DNA of 64,000 nt from Octopus bimaculoides (Eukaryota). The notes beneath the pieces were generated by a model, which was not told where the DNA came from, ran no database searches, and saw nothing but the letters and a program-made list of their open reading frames with translations. The translations under genes were made by a program, and so were the position numbers. The DNA lies in the NCBI RefSeq assembly GCF_001194135.2, contig NC_068990.1:1024438-1088437 (forward strand), read 5' to 3'. Positions 38,421 through 51,293 of this stretch are shown piece by piece. Positions within the stretch are counted from its first letter, which is position 1; the number at the start of each line of letters is the position of its first letter.

Positions 38421-39084
38421 TGCTCCCACACACACATACACACATGCATACATACAAAATGATCTGCAGGTGCAACTTTGGCAACAAATATTATATAACA
38501 GGAGAAAATTACATTACACAATGCCACAGGGAATATTTATCAATTCTAGACATCCATATGTAAAAAGGAAAGCAATTGCTACCCTCTTACAAACTAAAAA
38601 AAAAGTAAATATAAAAAGGAGTTTAAAACACAAGGGGAAAAATTAAATTTGAGTGAAAATTAATTTAAATTGGGTACAAAATATTATATGCAATACCCTC
38701 CAGTTGTTTAACAAAATCTTATAGAAATCTTTAATTCTATTTATCTATCTTCCGCTTGCATATTTTCCTTGAAATTACTTTCTATTCTCCTGACAAATCA
38801 CAATATATAAATAAACAAACACAACTTATTAGCAATAAACAATCGTGTGTGTGTGTGTGTATGATGGGGGTGGTGGGAGCTGGGAGCAGATACACTACGC
38901 ATATCAATGAATGTTTCTGAATTTCAAACTGGAGTTAAAATAATTATCTGAACATTTGCAAATCATAGAGAAAGTGTTTGGAATTTTAAAATTTATCACA
39001 AATGCACATGGGCTAATAATGAGATTAGTTAAATAATATTAGTAAACTTGAACGATGCAATAACAAAATCATTACAATAATGAT

Positions 39085-40660
39085 AATAATAATCCTTACC
39101 TCTATTGGCACAAGGCCTGAAATTTTTCAGAGGTGGAGCTTAGTTGATTAAATCGATCTCAAAAGGATGAAAGGCAAAGTCAACTGTGGCAGAATTGGAA
39201 CTCAGAACATAAAGATGCATGAAATGCAGGAAGCATTTTGTCCCGCATGGTTCTGTCAGCTTGCCATCTTAATAATAATAATAATAATGATTTCAAATTT
39301 TGGCACTGGGTCAGCAATTTCAGGAAAGGGGAAAGTTGATTCCATTGACCCCAGTGCTCCACTGGTACTTAATTTTATCGGCCCCCAAAAGGATGAAAGG
39401 CAAAGTTGACCTCGGCAGAATTTGAACTCAGAATGTGATGGTAGGTGAAATGCTGCTCAACATTTTGTCCAGCATGCTAATGGTTCTGCCAGCTCGCCAT
39501 CTCAATAATAATAATGGTTTCAAATCTTGGCACAAAGCCACTAGTGTTCTGTGGGGAGGAGGTTAGTCAATTATATTGACCCCAGTACTTGACTGGTACT
39601 TATTTTATTGACCCTGTAAAGAGGAAAGGCAAAGCTGATCTCAGTTGGGATTCATACTAAAAATGCAAAGCCAGAAGAAATAATGGCTTAAAATTTTGGA
39701 ACAAGGCCAGCAAGTTCGAGGGAGAGGGGTAAGTTGATTACATTGACCCCAGCATTCAACTGGTACTTATTTTATCAACCTCCCCAAAAGAATGAACTGC
39801 AAAGTCAACCTTGGCAGAATTTGAACTCAGAATGTAAAGAGCCACAAAAATGTCACTTAGTATTTTGTCCAATGAACTAACAATTCTGCCAGTTCGTTAC
39901 CTTGATAATAATCAAAATATTGGGTTGTCCGGAAAGTTCGTGCCGATTTATAGTAGCTTACCTTTTGACTTATTTGCCATGAAACCACCTCAATTCTGGG
40001 AAGAGGGTATTTTCAAGTTAAAAGGAAAGATGGAGACGCATTGTGCAACAAAATAGTTCATATTTCGTTGATTAAAAATGGAATGGCAAGTATTTATTGA
40101 CCTTTTTCTTTCCTTTAAAAATCGGCTTGAACTTTCCGGACACCCCAATAATAGTGAAGTGATAATTTTTTTTATATAGACATAAGGCCACACATTTGAA
40201 GATGGAGACAGTTCTGTCATCCTCTATTAGAATCCCATTCATATTGAGGATACTTTGTACCTATTTTATCAACCCCAAATGGGCAAAGTCAACCTCAGTG
40301 GAATTCCAACTCAAAACATAAAGACAGACGAAATGCTTGGAAGTATTTTGTCTGGTGTACTGACAATTCTACCAGCTTGTTGCCTTAAAGCTGGAAGATA
40401 TAGTGGTTTCAAATTTTGGCACAAGGCCAACAAGCTAGGGGAAGTGAGCCAGTTGATTACATCAGCACCAGTATTCGACTAGTACTTATTTTACCAACCT
40501 CCGGAAGGATGAACAGCAAAGTCAACCCCAGTGGAATTTGAACTCTGAGCATTTTGTGTAGTGTGCTAAGCCAGCTCATTGCCTTAAAGCTGGAAGAAAT
40601 ATTGCTAAATATTTTGTCCAGTGAGGTAATGATTCTGTCAGTTTGCCAACTAAACATGTA
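39085..40660 (-). mobile_element. Head-to-tail array of at least 6 SINE family B copies
   Basis: Units begin with GGCACAAGGCC-like tails near 39106, 39301, 39529, 39700 and 40418. Confidence 0.75.
39920..40148 (+). mobile_element. mariner-type MITE (internally deleted)
   Basis: TA at 39918-19 and 40149-50. 30-bp TIRs match at 27 of 30 positions (TTGGGTTGTCCGGAAAGTTC...). The interior reads FAMKPPQFWEEGIFKL/RWRRIVQQNSSYFVD*, a mariner transposase C-terminus. Confidence 0.85.
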
Positions 40661-42949
40661 ATGATAATATTATTTTTTTAAATATTAAATTCTGAAAGGT
40701 CAAACATTTTAAGAAACAAAGGATCGAAAAGAAGGTTTGTCTATAACATAGAGGTCAACTTGCATAGTTTGGTTATCAAAGTCAATTCTCTACATACTTA
40801 ATAACGAGAAATTTCTTTCCTTCATGAAAGTTTTTATCAGTGTAGACCTGTGTTTCACAAGTGTGAGCACTAACTAGTGGTGGTGGAGCAAGTGGCAACC
40901 GGATTGCTAATTCTCAAGTTTTAGTGGAGTGATTTCACTTCTTTTCCTCTCAAAACTCAAGATCATATTTTCTGACAAGTTATGAATGTTGTTGTTTTCC
41001 AAAACATCATATCTGGTTTTACATTCTGCCAAAATTAACACTATATTGGTGACCTTGGCACAATCTCTATTGCCTGATTTATGAAACACTTAGACACATA
41101 TAACTATACTCACAAAAGACAAGCACAAAAGACAAGCACAACAAATACAATGCTGTACAGTGTGTTCAGACGACCCTGCATCACCACAGAAAAACAAACA
41201 AATTCAGAGATAAGCTGCCGATTCCACAGCCTTACTAACTCTAAAGACTTGTATGATATAGACCATCAACATCATGATAAATAAATAACACAGAATACTT
41301 TTGATCACTCATGCTTTGAATATGTCTTGCCTGCATCTGCCGGCCACTGCCAGAATTTACAGGTGTACATAAGTAGACTGGATAGTGGAGACAGTGCAAT
41401 GTGTCCAAGCTATTATCCTCAGCAAAGCAGTGTCCTGGGTAAGATTTTAAACCGGAACTGGTTGTGGGGCCTCGGTACAAGAGTTCTAGGGTTTTGAGGA
41501 GTGTGGAACCACTTGTTAGTATTGGTCCCAGGTCTACTCTGATCCGGAGTAGTAGCACCTGTTGCAAGTGAGATTTTTGGGCTGCAGGGAGGAGCATTAC
41601 TTTGCTTGTTAGAATGTTAGGGACGTGGTGAACTCGTTTATCAGAGCTGGCTCAACCCTGAGTGGATGCCACTGCAAATATAAGAGTCTTATAACAAAAA
41701 TCACAGATCCCCAGATTGTGCCTGGTTGTGATTAAAAACCTGTATGACATAGGTGCCTGCTCAGTAAGAACCGTACTGGCCTAAACAGTAATACAAAATG
41801 TTTATCAACAATGTTGTTGTTTGACTGTTTGACCAGTTAGAAATAGCAGCCAAATTTCTCTCAAAATACATCCAAACATCTTTGAAAAAGGGCGTCCGTA
41901 TTACTACAGTCCTTCAGAGCAGAGGACTACGAAAACATATATACTCCCTTTTCAAAGTTGAGCCACCACATAACAAATCAATGAGTCACAATATGGTAGA
42001 CGTGGCTCTTTATTTTTGACAAAGCCATGAGAAAGGCAGCTCTTCTTGGACAAAGATACACTGACATAAAACCAAGTCAAAATCATACCAGTCACCTTGC
42101 ATTGCTTGTCACTGGAACCTACTGTTGTGACTGAGAGAGTGGCAAACGTGTTGTAAAGGATTTTGTCACTTAAATCCAGTGCAGTACAAGATGTCTCACA
42201 ATATGAGATAGCTATCTGACAGGATGGGGCCATCATCGATATCATATATAAGTGCATGTACACACAAATGCAGGAATGGCAGTATGGATAAGAAGTTCAG
42301 TTCCACATGAATCAGGTACAGTTTCCTCACATGGCACTTTGGACAAACCAAACAATGTTGCTTGCAAGTGAATTTGTTTGACAGTAACTATACAAACTGT
42401 TATATCCATGTCTCTATATCCTCTCTCTCTCACACACATATATATACATACATACATACATAATTTATACGCTACCAATGATCATGATATCTAGGACTAT
42501 AAAAATATGCAAAGGATGATGGTTAAAACAATATGCTTTCCTTCAAAACTTTGCTACCAAGTAGGTGGCCAGTCAAAATTTATTTTAAGTTAAAAAGAGG
42601 AGAACAAATGAACATATGTATGTACTTACATACATATAAGGCACCTGAAATGTAACAATATTAATTTCCAGCTGTCTCCACAGTAAAGTCAAGCCTTTTC
42701 ACTTCATATTGTCTGGGTGAAAAAATTTGTAAATCTGTTGCTAGACAAAACAGTCATTTCTAGTCACATGCAGATTACTTCCAACCATCATCTAGTAATT
42801 TTAAACTGCAAATATTCAGCTTCATATTAGGAGTTTGTGTGTTGTTGGTTTTTCACTAATTTGCTGCCTGTGTATGCACTCTGCTATTGGTGGTGCTGAG
42901 ACAAATTATACTCAATTAAGGAGTCAACAGCTACCATGTGTGTGTGTGT

Positions 42950-43265
42950 ATAAAAGGGTAAAGACCCCCTTCAGTCAAATGACCATGGGATTGCACCTAG
43001 AAAGTTCTCCAAGATACAAATCTGAGCAAAGTTGTTTATGGAAGACCAGCAGTTGCCCCTGCATACCAGCCTCCCCTTTCCAAGGGAAAGGCAAAGTCCA
43101 ATACAGTTTGGCACCTCATGTTGCAACTCATTTCTACAGCTGAGTGAAGTGAGGCAACATGAAATAAAATGTCTTCCTCAAGAACATAACATACGGCCTG
43201 GTCCAGGAATCAATCCCACTACCTGATGATTGTGAGCCTGGCACTCTAACCACTGAGCCATGTGT
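42950..43265 (-). mobile_element. SINE family C
   Basis: Reverse complement of the 5872 copy. Confidence 0.7.
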
Positions 43266-43688
43266 CTTGTTCACTTTCTGTAACTGTGTGCAAAACGGTT
43301 GAGTTATGAGATTTATCTGTTGTTTCCTTGGGAACGAATGATTCCGTGGCTCTACACTTTTAAAGAAACTTAAGTAAATACAATTTCCTTACTTGAAAAC
43401 AGTAAGCATTCATAAAGAAAGGGTGTCTGACTGTAATTAAATACATTAACATGTAACTAGCTAAGCCATCCCTGCATGGCAAAAATAAATGAACTGATTA
43501 TGTAGCAGGGGCCTGTAGTTTCAACCCCTCAAAGTACAGATCAAACAGTGTCTGTATTGGTGAAAGATACTCTAACTGCTGAGTTTGGAACCAGCTGTAT
43601 GCAATGCTATGACTGTGGCTATAATGAAAGCTTCTGCACTACTGCTAAATAGTGCATGCTACCTTAATGAAACTATATAAATGTAACA

Positions 43689-43763
<75 letters not shown>

Positions 43764-44426
43764 TTACTTTTTCTTTCTTTGGGAACAAAATTAATAGATG
43801 TAAATTAAAAATTATTTCTCAAACGTTTTTAGTCTTGAAAACGAAAAATAAATTTTATCATTAACGTTAAATGTTCACTGAACAGAAAAAATGTAGTTAA
43901 AAACAATGTTAATAGTTTTAAAAAATTATATTTCATTAGGAGCTAAAAATTTGTAAAACATTTTGGGTTTATGTTTTGCTGAGTAAAGAGAAAATATTTA
44001 TGTGTGTACGCATCCTGTTATTAAATATATGTGCTGCTAGAAAGTTAAATTCATGTTAAATAATTTAAGGGAATTATTCCACAAAAGATAAACTTCATCT
44101 AGTTGGATAATAATTTGTTTTCTTGGAACATTTGTCCACTCTGGGTATTTCTATATCAAACTCCTTGAAGCTCATATTGTTAGTTACAGGGAGATTCTAT
44201 TTTTTTTGTATACTATATGATGAGAGATACAGTTCTCAAAATAGAATGATCTGCAGCAGAAGGTATACTATAAGGGAAGATTGTAAATACTAAATAACAT
44301 GTAGTGGAAGTAGACTCAGTTCATTCTTTCAGTGTTAGGATGTGACATCATAGCCTCAAATAATTTATATGCTTATTTGTTGAGCACTTTCATGAAAAAT
44401 ACCTTGCTAAGGTTAACAATGATGTA

Positions 44427-45203
44427 CAGGGTGTTTGGACAAAACCTGACAATATTTTGTTTCAGGAACAGATTGATGTACTGGTCAACAACATTCAAGA
44501 GCATAAAGATTTAAAGATGTAGTCAAAGAGATAGTTGACGTGGAGGATTAGAAGCCATCTGAACATTGGAAAACAGTTACCTGTATCATGACTGCTGCTC
44601 AATGAACACTGTAAAGGCTGTCAGACATGACATGGAGACCACAAAAACTAAGTTCTGCCAAACTGCGGCTGCACCACATACTTGAACAGGGCCTGAGGCT
44701 CACTTCAGACGGCTACGTGAAGCTGCTGGAGACTGTAGTCAAACTCTGGTTGGAGAGGGTTGCTGCTGGAAAGCCATATGTATGGCAGCAGAATCTGACC
44801 CCTTGCAATACTTCCAGAAAGAGTCAGATGTGGTTACCAGAGAGTTTCTATGACTTCACCAGCTCTAATGTCCACCAATTGTAATTCCATGGATTACTAT
44901 GTGTGGAGTGCAGGTGAGAAAGACACCAACCACTTTGCCTGTAATACCAAGCTGAGCTGGTGGCCAATGTCAAAGAGGTGTTCAAAGATCTTCCCAGGGA
45001 TGCAGTGAGGAACACAGGCACCAGGTTCCAGAGCCATCTTTGGCCATGGTTGAAGCTGAGGACAGTTACATTGAGTAAACTGTTACCCACCAGCCATAAT
45101 TTAGTTGATAATTTTTGATTTTTTTAAAACACTTTATTTTTCAATGGAACATTATTTTTCTCTCCCTTTTATGCAAACTGTCAAATTTAGCCTGAACACC
45201 CTG
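44427..45203 (+). mobile_element. Tc1/mariner-superfamily element, internally deleted, with a transposase pseudogene
   Basis: TA-flanked TIRs CAGGGTGTT...TGACA / TGTCA...AACACCCTG. The interior reads GLRLTSDGYVKLLETVVKLWLERVAAGKPYVWQQNLTPCNTSRKSQMWL and NSMDYYVW. Confidence 0.85.
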
Positions 45204-45544
45204 TAACTGTCAAGTAATGTGGCTTAGTAACAACTGTGTGCGTATGTGTCACAAATCCATTATAACATAATAGCTGAATTTAAGCCAGCAAATGTAGTAT
45301 ATCACAAAACTTCTGATGAACTGGCACTAATAACAAACACTAGGTGTATGTATGCATTTATATATCATCATTTAATGCCCGTTGTCCATGCTGGCATGGG
45401 TTGGACAGTTTGACTGGGCTGGCACACTGGAAGGCTGCACCAGGCTCCAGTCTGATTTGGCATGGTTTTCTATGGCTAGATGCCCTTCCTAATGTCAACC
45501 ACTAAGAGTGTAACGGGTGCTTTCACGTGAAAGGATGTTGAGTC

Positions 45545-45950
45545 TCACATCCTTTAATCTTTTACCCATTCTCATATTATTCCTCTGACCATGACCCTAT
45601 TCAACTGCTATACATTTTACACATTTCATCTCCTTTTTGTGCTGCCAGTAATCCCGCTTCCTTGAAACCATTTATCGTTGTCACCCATCCCCCTTTCTAA
45701 ATATTATTCCATACAAATTTGTTTTCCAATGGTCATTTCTTTTGGGCCACCAGTTACCTCCTCCTTTCTCCTGAGCTACATTTGTGATTGCCACACTTCT
45801 CATTTTTATCATTGACCACACTCCCACTCTTGTTCACCTTTCAGTTCTATACCCATCATCTGTCTGTCACTCTTTTCCCACACTCTTATGAACTTATCCA
45901 CCTGTCCATCCATCTCGTCTGTCTCCAGCTAATCCCCCCCCCCTACCCAC
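45545..45950 (-). mobile_element. Possible LINE APE-endonuclease remnant
   Basis: Purine-rich minus strand reading QVDKFIRVWKRVTDR, weakly like RTE endonuclease segments. Confidence 0.3.
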
Positions 45951-46454
45951 ATCTCAACAGCAAGATGCCTGTCTCTTTTCCCTTGTCATACTTTAGTCTC
46001 TGAACATGATCATCAGTTGATGTCCACTTTCTATGCTGGTGTAGACTGGACGGTTTGACAAGTACTGGCCAGCTGGAGAGCTGCACCAGGCCCCAACCAT
46101 CTGCTTTGGCCGGGTCTCTACAGCTGGATGCCCTTCCTAACGCCAACCACTTTACAGAATGTACTGAGTGCTTTTTACATGGCACCAGCATGGGTGTTTT
46201 TTTATGTGGCACTAACATGGGAACACTGGCGATAAAAATCATCTCCCTCCCAACTACACTCCTACCAATTTGTGGAGGCTTTTTAAACTATCATAATTAT
46301 CTTTTAATGTCCCCTTTCCATGCTGGCATGGGTTGGACACTTTGACAGTAGCTAGCTAGGCAGAAGACTGCACAAGGCTTCTGTGTCTGTTTTGGCAGGG
46401 TTTTTATGACTGGATGTCCTTCCTAACATCAACCACCCTGCAGAGTGGATGAAG

Positions 46455-46469
46455 AAACAAGAGAGAGAG

Positions 46470-46548
<79 letters not shown>

Positions 46549-46570
46549 AAGAGAGAAAGAGAGAGAGATA
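46455..46570. repeat. (GA/GAAA)n microsatellite
   Basis: Directly visible. Confidence 0.95.
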
Positions 46571-46746
46571 ATAAAGAAGAGAAGAATGTATAAAGTGATG
46601 TAGTGAGGAAAGGAGACATTAGTTGATGGATAAAAAAAGGACACAAGCTCCCTTTTCCATCATTGTTTTAAGATACATTGAACATTTTATAAATATGGCT
46701 GTTCAAGTATTCTAATAGTATAAAACTTAGCTCATTTGGTTGTGTG

Positions 46747-46786
<40 letters not shown>

Positions 46787-47464
46787 AATATAATAGTAAT
46801 AGAAGCGAAATTCTGTCTCTCCATCTGAGACCCCTGTATCTCAGCCTGCATTTGCTCTACATAGACATAACTTTTGGGAATCAGGATGATCCCATGATCC
46901 CGGGATTGGAAATCTGCCCTTCATTTGGTTCTTGAACATCCAGCATTGAGATCTGATTTAAAAGCATTTAGGTTGCTATTTCTAGCAGGTAAAGCTTGAC
47001 TGATTCATGCCATTTTGGTTGGTATTTGTCAGATGACATGAGAGATGAAGGGAGAAATAAATGACATTTGCTTTGTTAATTTTATGTCAAAATACGAACT
47101 TTGGGACAAATTGGCCAACAGTTGGAATTCAACATGAGACTGGAACAATAGAATGATTGCATTACAGAGTTTTCCTGAGTGTGACAGTGAGCGGTCTTTG
47201 GAATCTCATGTGTCAGCATCTGGTGTTTGATTGTGTTTCATATATGCCTCTGCGTGTATGTGCGTGTGTGTGTGTGTGTGTGTTGGATTTTGTGTATCTA
47301 TGTGTATGCATCTTGGGGATTCTGCTCATGTGCTTGAATTTTTCTTTCCTTTTCTTTTTTTTTGTACATGTCCAAGTAGTTTTGCAAGCTAAGTAGATTA
47401 CGGTGGTTGTCTGAGATTGAGTCTGCAAGTGAGTTTTTTTTTTTTCAAAGAACAGTGTTAATAG

Positions 47465-47470
47465 TTTATT
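47465..47470 (-). promoter_or_regulatory. Candidate polyadenylation signal for SLX9
   Basis: AATAAA on the minus strand, about 85 nt downstream of the stop codon. Confidence 0.4.
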
Positions 47471-47553
47471 TACTTTGTTAAAAAAAAAAAACCAAGAAGA
47501 AAAAAAGACAAAAAAACAATAACAAAAAACGGAATTCTCATTTGTAAATGCCA

Positions 47554-47671
47554 CTAACAGCTGTTCATGTGTTCCACTTTATTCTGTAGGTGTTCAGTAA
47601 TAGCAGAACCTGGATTTTGTTTAAATATTGGATGACTCAACACTTGCTTGAAGATGTTAATGTTTTCCAAC
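47554..47671 (-). CDS. SLX9: SLX9 (FAM207A) homolog, last coding exon (M)LENINIFKQVLSHPIFKQNPGSAITEHLQNKVEHMNSC*
   Basis: Acceptor ttttaactgtttcAG, phase 2, TAG at 47556-47554. The F.QVL.HP.FK.NP...I..HL pattern is typical of the SLX9 C-terminus. Confidence 0.87.
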
Positions 47672-48561
47672 CTGAAACAGTTAAAAGTAAAAATCAAAAT
47701 CAACAACCATCATCATCATCATCATCATTTAACATCCGTTTTTCCATGCTTGCATGGGTTGGATGCAATTTGTTGTGGTGGCTTTTCTACACCTGGATGT
47801 CTTTCTTGTTGCCAACCCTCACTGGTTTCCAAGTAAGGCAATATTTTCCCTTGGCCCGGTGTATTTCATGGAAGAGAGGAAATGATGGCCACCATTTGCA
47901 TGTCAGTGACATTCATTTGTAACTGTCACAGGAAGACAAGGCAAGGAGACAATAAAACACGCATGCACACATACACATATACATACATACATAGACATAA
48001 CAACCTCAGTCAGTTTCCATAAACCAAATCCACTCACAAAGCTTTTGGTCGGCTATAGTAGATGAGGCTTGCCCAAGATGTCATGCTGTGAGATGGAACT
48101 CAGGACCCCGTAGTTGGGAAGCAAGCTTCTCACCAGACAGCAACACCTGTGCCTATAAAGAAACATACCAACAACTTGTACAGAAACAAAATCATCATTT
48201 AACATCCGTTTTCCATGCTGGCATGGACGGGAGGGTTTGGCAGGAGTTGGCCAGCTGGAGAGCAACACCAGGCTCCATTTGTTCATTTTGGCATGGTTTC
48301 TATGGCTGGATGCCCTTCCTAATGCCAACCACTTTACAGGGTGTACTGGGTGTTCTTTACCAGCACAGGTACCTTACACAGTGCCAGCCTAGGTGCTTTA
48401 TATGTGGCTCCAGTAGGAGACATTTGCTTGAGCTGTCACACAGTGGAACTGAACCTGAGACAATCTGGTCAGAAAGCAAATTTCTTACTATACAGCCATG
48501 CCTGATAAAATACAGCAAAATACAGAAGCAAGCAAGAATGATAAAATGCAATAAAACTTAC

Positions 48562-48606
48562 ATTTCCTTTTGACGGGACTTCAACTTCACAGGTGGTTTA
48601 TATGGC
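48562..48606 (-). CDS. SLX9: SLX9 homolog, internal exon (L)PYKPPVKLKSRQKE(M)
   Basis: Acceptor gttttgattgtttAG and donor AT|GTAAGT. 45 nt, phase 2 to 2, linking the two flanking exons in frame. Confidence 0.85.
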
Positions 48607-48929
48607 CTAAACAATCAAAACAAACAATATATATATATATATATTAACAATAACAACAATAGGTGGACATATATTTTGACAGAAGACTGCAAAAGAACAA
48701 CATGCTTGTATGGCATTCATTTACAATCAGAAAACAATGACAAGTAGCCAGAAACACACAAACGTATATATAACGAGCTTCTTTCAGTTCCTATCTACCA
48801 AATCTGCTGAGAAGGCATTATTTGATCTGGAGTTACAGTAGAAAACAGATGCCCAAGGTGCCTCTCAGTAGGACTGAACTTGAAACCCTGTGGATGTGAA
48901 GCCAACTTCTTAATCCTAAAGCCATGCCA

Positions 48930-49490
48930 TCACCTGAAATGTGAATAATACAAAGTGGAGAGAAGTTTTGGAAGAAGGAAACTCGGGAAAACATGGGACA
49001 AAGTATTGAAGGCCAATCTCAAAATGCTGAGCATTATACAAAGGAGGTGACAGAGGACTGAGATATGCAGCACATTGCAGAGCACAAGAAGACCTGCCCA
49101 CCACAACACAACAGATATCCTAAAACCAAAGTGCCATGTAAGAAGCATTGGTGTTGATACTGATGCCAAATGAAAAGCACTAGTGCTGGCACCATGTAAA
49201 GGGCATCTTTGCTGGTGCCACGTAAAGGGCGCTGTTGCTGGCACCACGTAAAGGGCACTTAACCAGTGCTGTTGCTGGTGCCACATAAAAAGCACTGGTG
49301 ATAGTGTCACGTAGAAAGCACCCAGTACACTTGGTAAATTGGTTAGCATCAGGTTGCACATGTAGCCATAGAGACCAAGCCAAAACAGACTATGGAACTT
49401 GGTGCAGGTCCTGGCCATGCCAGGTCTTGTCAAGCCATCCAACCCATGCCAGCATGGAAAATGGGCATTAAATGTTGATGATGACGATGA
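48930..49490 (+). mobile_element. RTE-tail element with an expanded ~26-bp minisatellite
   Basis: Units TGCTGG(T/C)(G/A)CCA(C/T)GTAAAGGGC at 49189-49325, then the shared tail and (GAT)n. Confidence 0.7.
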
Positions 49491-50119
49491 GCCATAGTTT
49501 GCTATATTTTATAGTTAACTTTCCCCTTAAAAAACAGCTTTCTTTTTAGAAAAAAATACCTTCCAAGTAAAGTGCACTTATTTCAATAATTGATCTCGAG
49601 AGTATTCTAAGCTCAAACAGATTAAGAAACTCTGATCTGAATTAATTTTAGCTCATCATCATCATCATCATCCAATTTCAATTTTAAACGATTTTTGTCA
49701 AATTGTTGTCATATGATATGATTCTTTTTGTTGGAAACAAGGTGCCTCTTGTTTTTCTTTTTTTCTTAAACAGCCGAATTATTATCCAGCTTCTTTCTGT
49801 AGTGAGTCATGAAAGAAAACTTTTTCTCGTTTCAGACTGTGGCCATGTTGGGGCATCACCTTGAAGAATTTTAGTTGAATGAATTAACCCCAGTACTTGT
49901 ATCTAGGAATCCATTAACCAAAGTAACATTGTGCAGGTTATGCAACTGTGTGTATGATCTACTATGGGAACAAGGCCTGACAGTTTTTGGGGTGGGCAGG
50001 GATGCAGAGGATGAACAATCACATCAACCTCCAGTGCTCAACTGCTACTTAGTTTGTTCAGCTCAAAAGGACAAAAGGCAGAGTTGACCTTGGCAGAATT
50101 TGAATGCGGAATGTAGACA

Positions 50120-50465
50120 GTGAAGACCCTCTTCAGTTATGAATGGCTATGGGGATTGCACCTAAAAAATTCCCCTCTGAGGCACAAGTCTGGGCAAGGT
50201 TGTTTATGGAAGACCAGCAGTCGCCCATGCATACCAGCCTCCCTTCTCCATACCACCAATGTTATCCAAGGGAAAGGCAAAGGGGCCGATACAGCTTGGC
50301 ACCAGTGATGTCGCAATTCATTTCTACAGCTGAGTGAAAGTGGAGCAACATGAAATAAACTGTCTTGCTCAAGAACACAAAACAGCCTGGTTTAGGAATC
50401 AAACTCACTATCAATAAATTTAAATTGTGAGCGCAACACACTAACCACTGAGCTATGTGCCTTCA
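50120..50465 (-). mobile_element. SINE family C
   Basis: Near full-length reverse copy. Confidence 0.75.
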
Positions 50466-50799
50466 TGCAGAATGTAAAACCTAAAGAAATGCTGCTAAGT
50501 GTTTTGTCTGGTTTGATAATGATTCTACCAGCTTTCCAGCTGTGTATAAGGCAACTCCTATGCCATTGTAGGCATAGGAGTGAAACTTGTTTATCGACTG
50601 AGCAAAATGAAGTAAGCAGAGGTAGCATACAAAGACTAGTGTTAGTATGGCTTGAATTTAAGACCTTGTGAGCTGTAGTAGTCGGACAGCTTAATTCTTA
50701 TGTAGTCATATTTCTAAAGGAATATACATCCTATGTTTTCCAATTAATTTTGAAAATAGGAATTTGAATGGATTTAGCTCAATAACCTTGTTTTGTTAA

Positions 50800-51160
50800 A
50801 CCTTTTAATGCTAACCCAGCCCAAGACTACTCTTGCTTCCATGATGCAAATTTCCTCTTGGTTTAAAGAGATCTAAATTAAAATTTCCCATCAAAATTCA
50901 AATGTTATTTTATGTTCCAAAACCCAGCTTGATAATGACAGAGTTGTTTTATTAAATTCTTCAATATCTTCAAAATCAATTGAAACAAAGGCAGTGTATT
51001 TCAACAGAAATATGGTAATAAAAGGCTTAAGCTGGTATTCAGAACATAACAAAAAGCATTTCCATAAATTTTGATGAAGGGTTTTAATTTTCATTAGTGA
51101 ACAATTTAAAATGAACAGTTTTAAACCAGAGCTATCTCAGGTGAGTTAGTATCACAGGGG
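50800..51160. mobile_element. TTAA-flanked MITE (family P2)
   Basis: TTAA at 50796-99 and 51161-64. Imperfect TIRs ACCTTTTAATGCTAACCCA / TGAGTTAGTATCACAGGGG. Confidence 0.5.
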
Positions 51161-51234
51161 TTAATCTCATAGCCATTGTGCCTCAAAAGAGATTAAAGGT
51201 GGGATTGTGAAGAAGAATACAAGAACAGAAACCA

Positions 51235-51271
<37 letters not shown>

Positions 51272-51293
51272 GTTTTTATACAAGAACACTCAC

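Noticed and set aside
41952-42263. 103-aa minus-strand ORF in unique sequence
   Set aside because: No recognisable domain and no phase-consistent link to either gene.
43495-43580. Minus-strand LEYLSPIQTLFDLYFEGLKL resembling the GRAF BAR motif LQGLFTFYHEGYEL
   Set aside because: There is an in-frame stop a few codons later, and the splice sites are weak.
47589-47690. Plus-strand frame VFSNSRTWILFKYWMTQHLLED with a good acceptor (RasGEF REM-like by eye)
   Set aside because: It overlaps the SLX9 terminal exon on the opposite strand, which has much stronger support.
49189-49325. CRISPR-like appearance of the ~26-bp repeats (also 6230-6390)
   Set aside because: The units are directly adjacent without unique spacers, lie inside a retroelement, and have no cas genes. 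This is a minisatellite.
49774-49801. Plus-strand 28-nt segment with strong AG/GTGAGT sites; similar cases at 7646-7696, 30250-30281 and 47381-47428
   Set aside because: They do not join into a coherent protein, and such sites arise by chance in AT-rich introns. An antisense transcript is not excluded.
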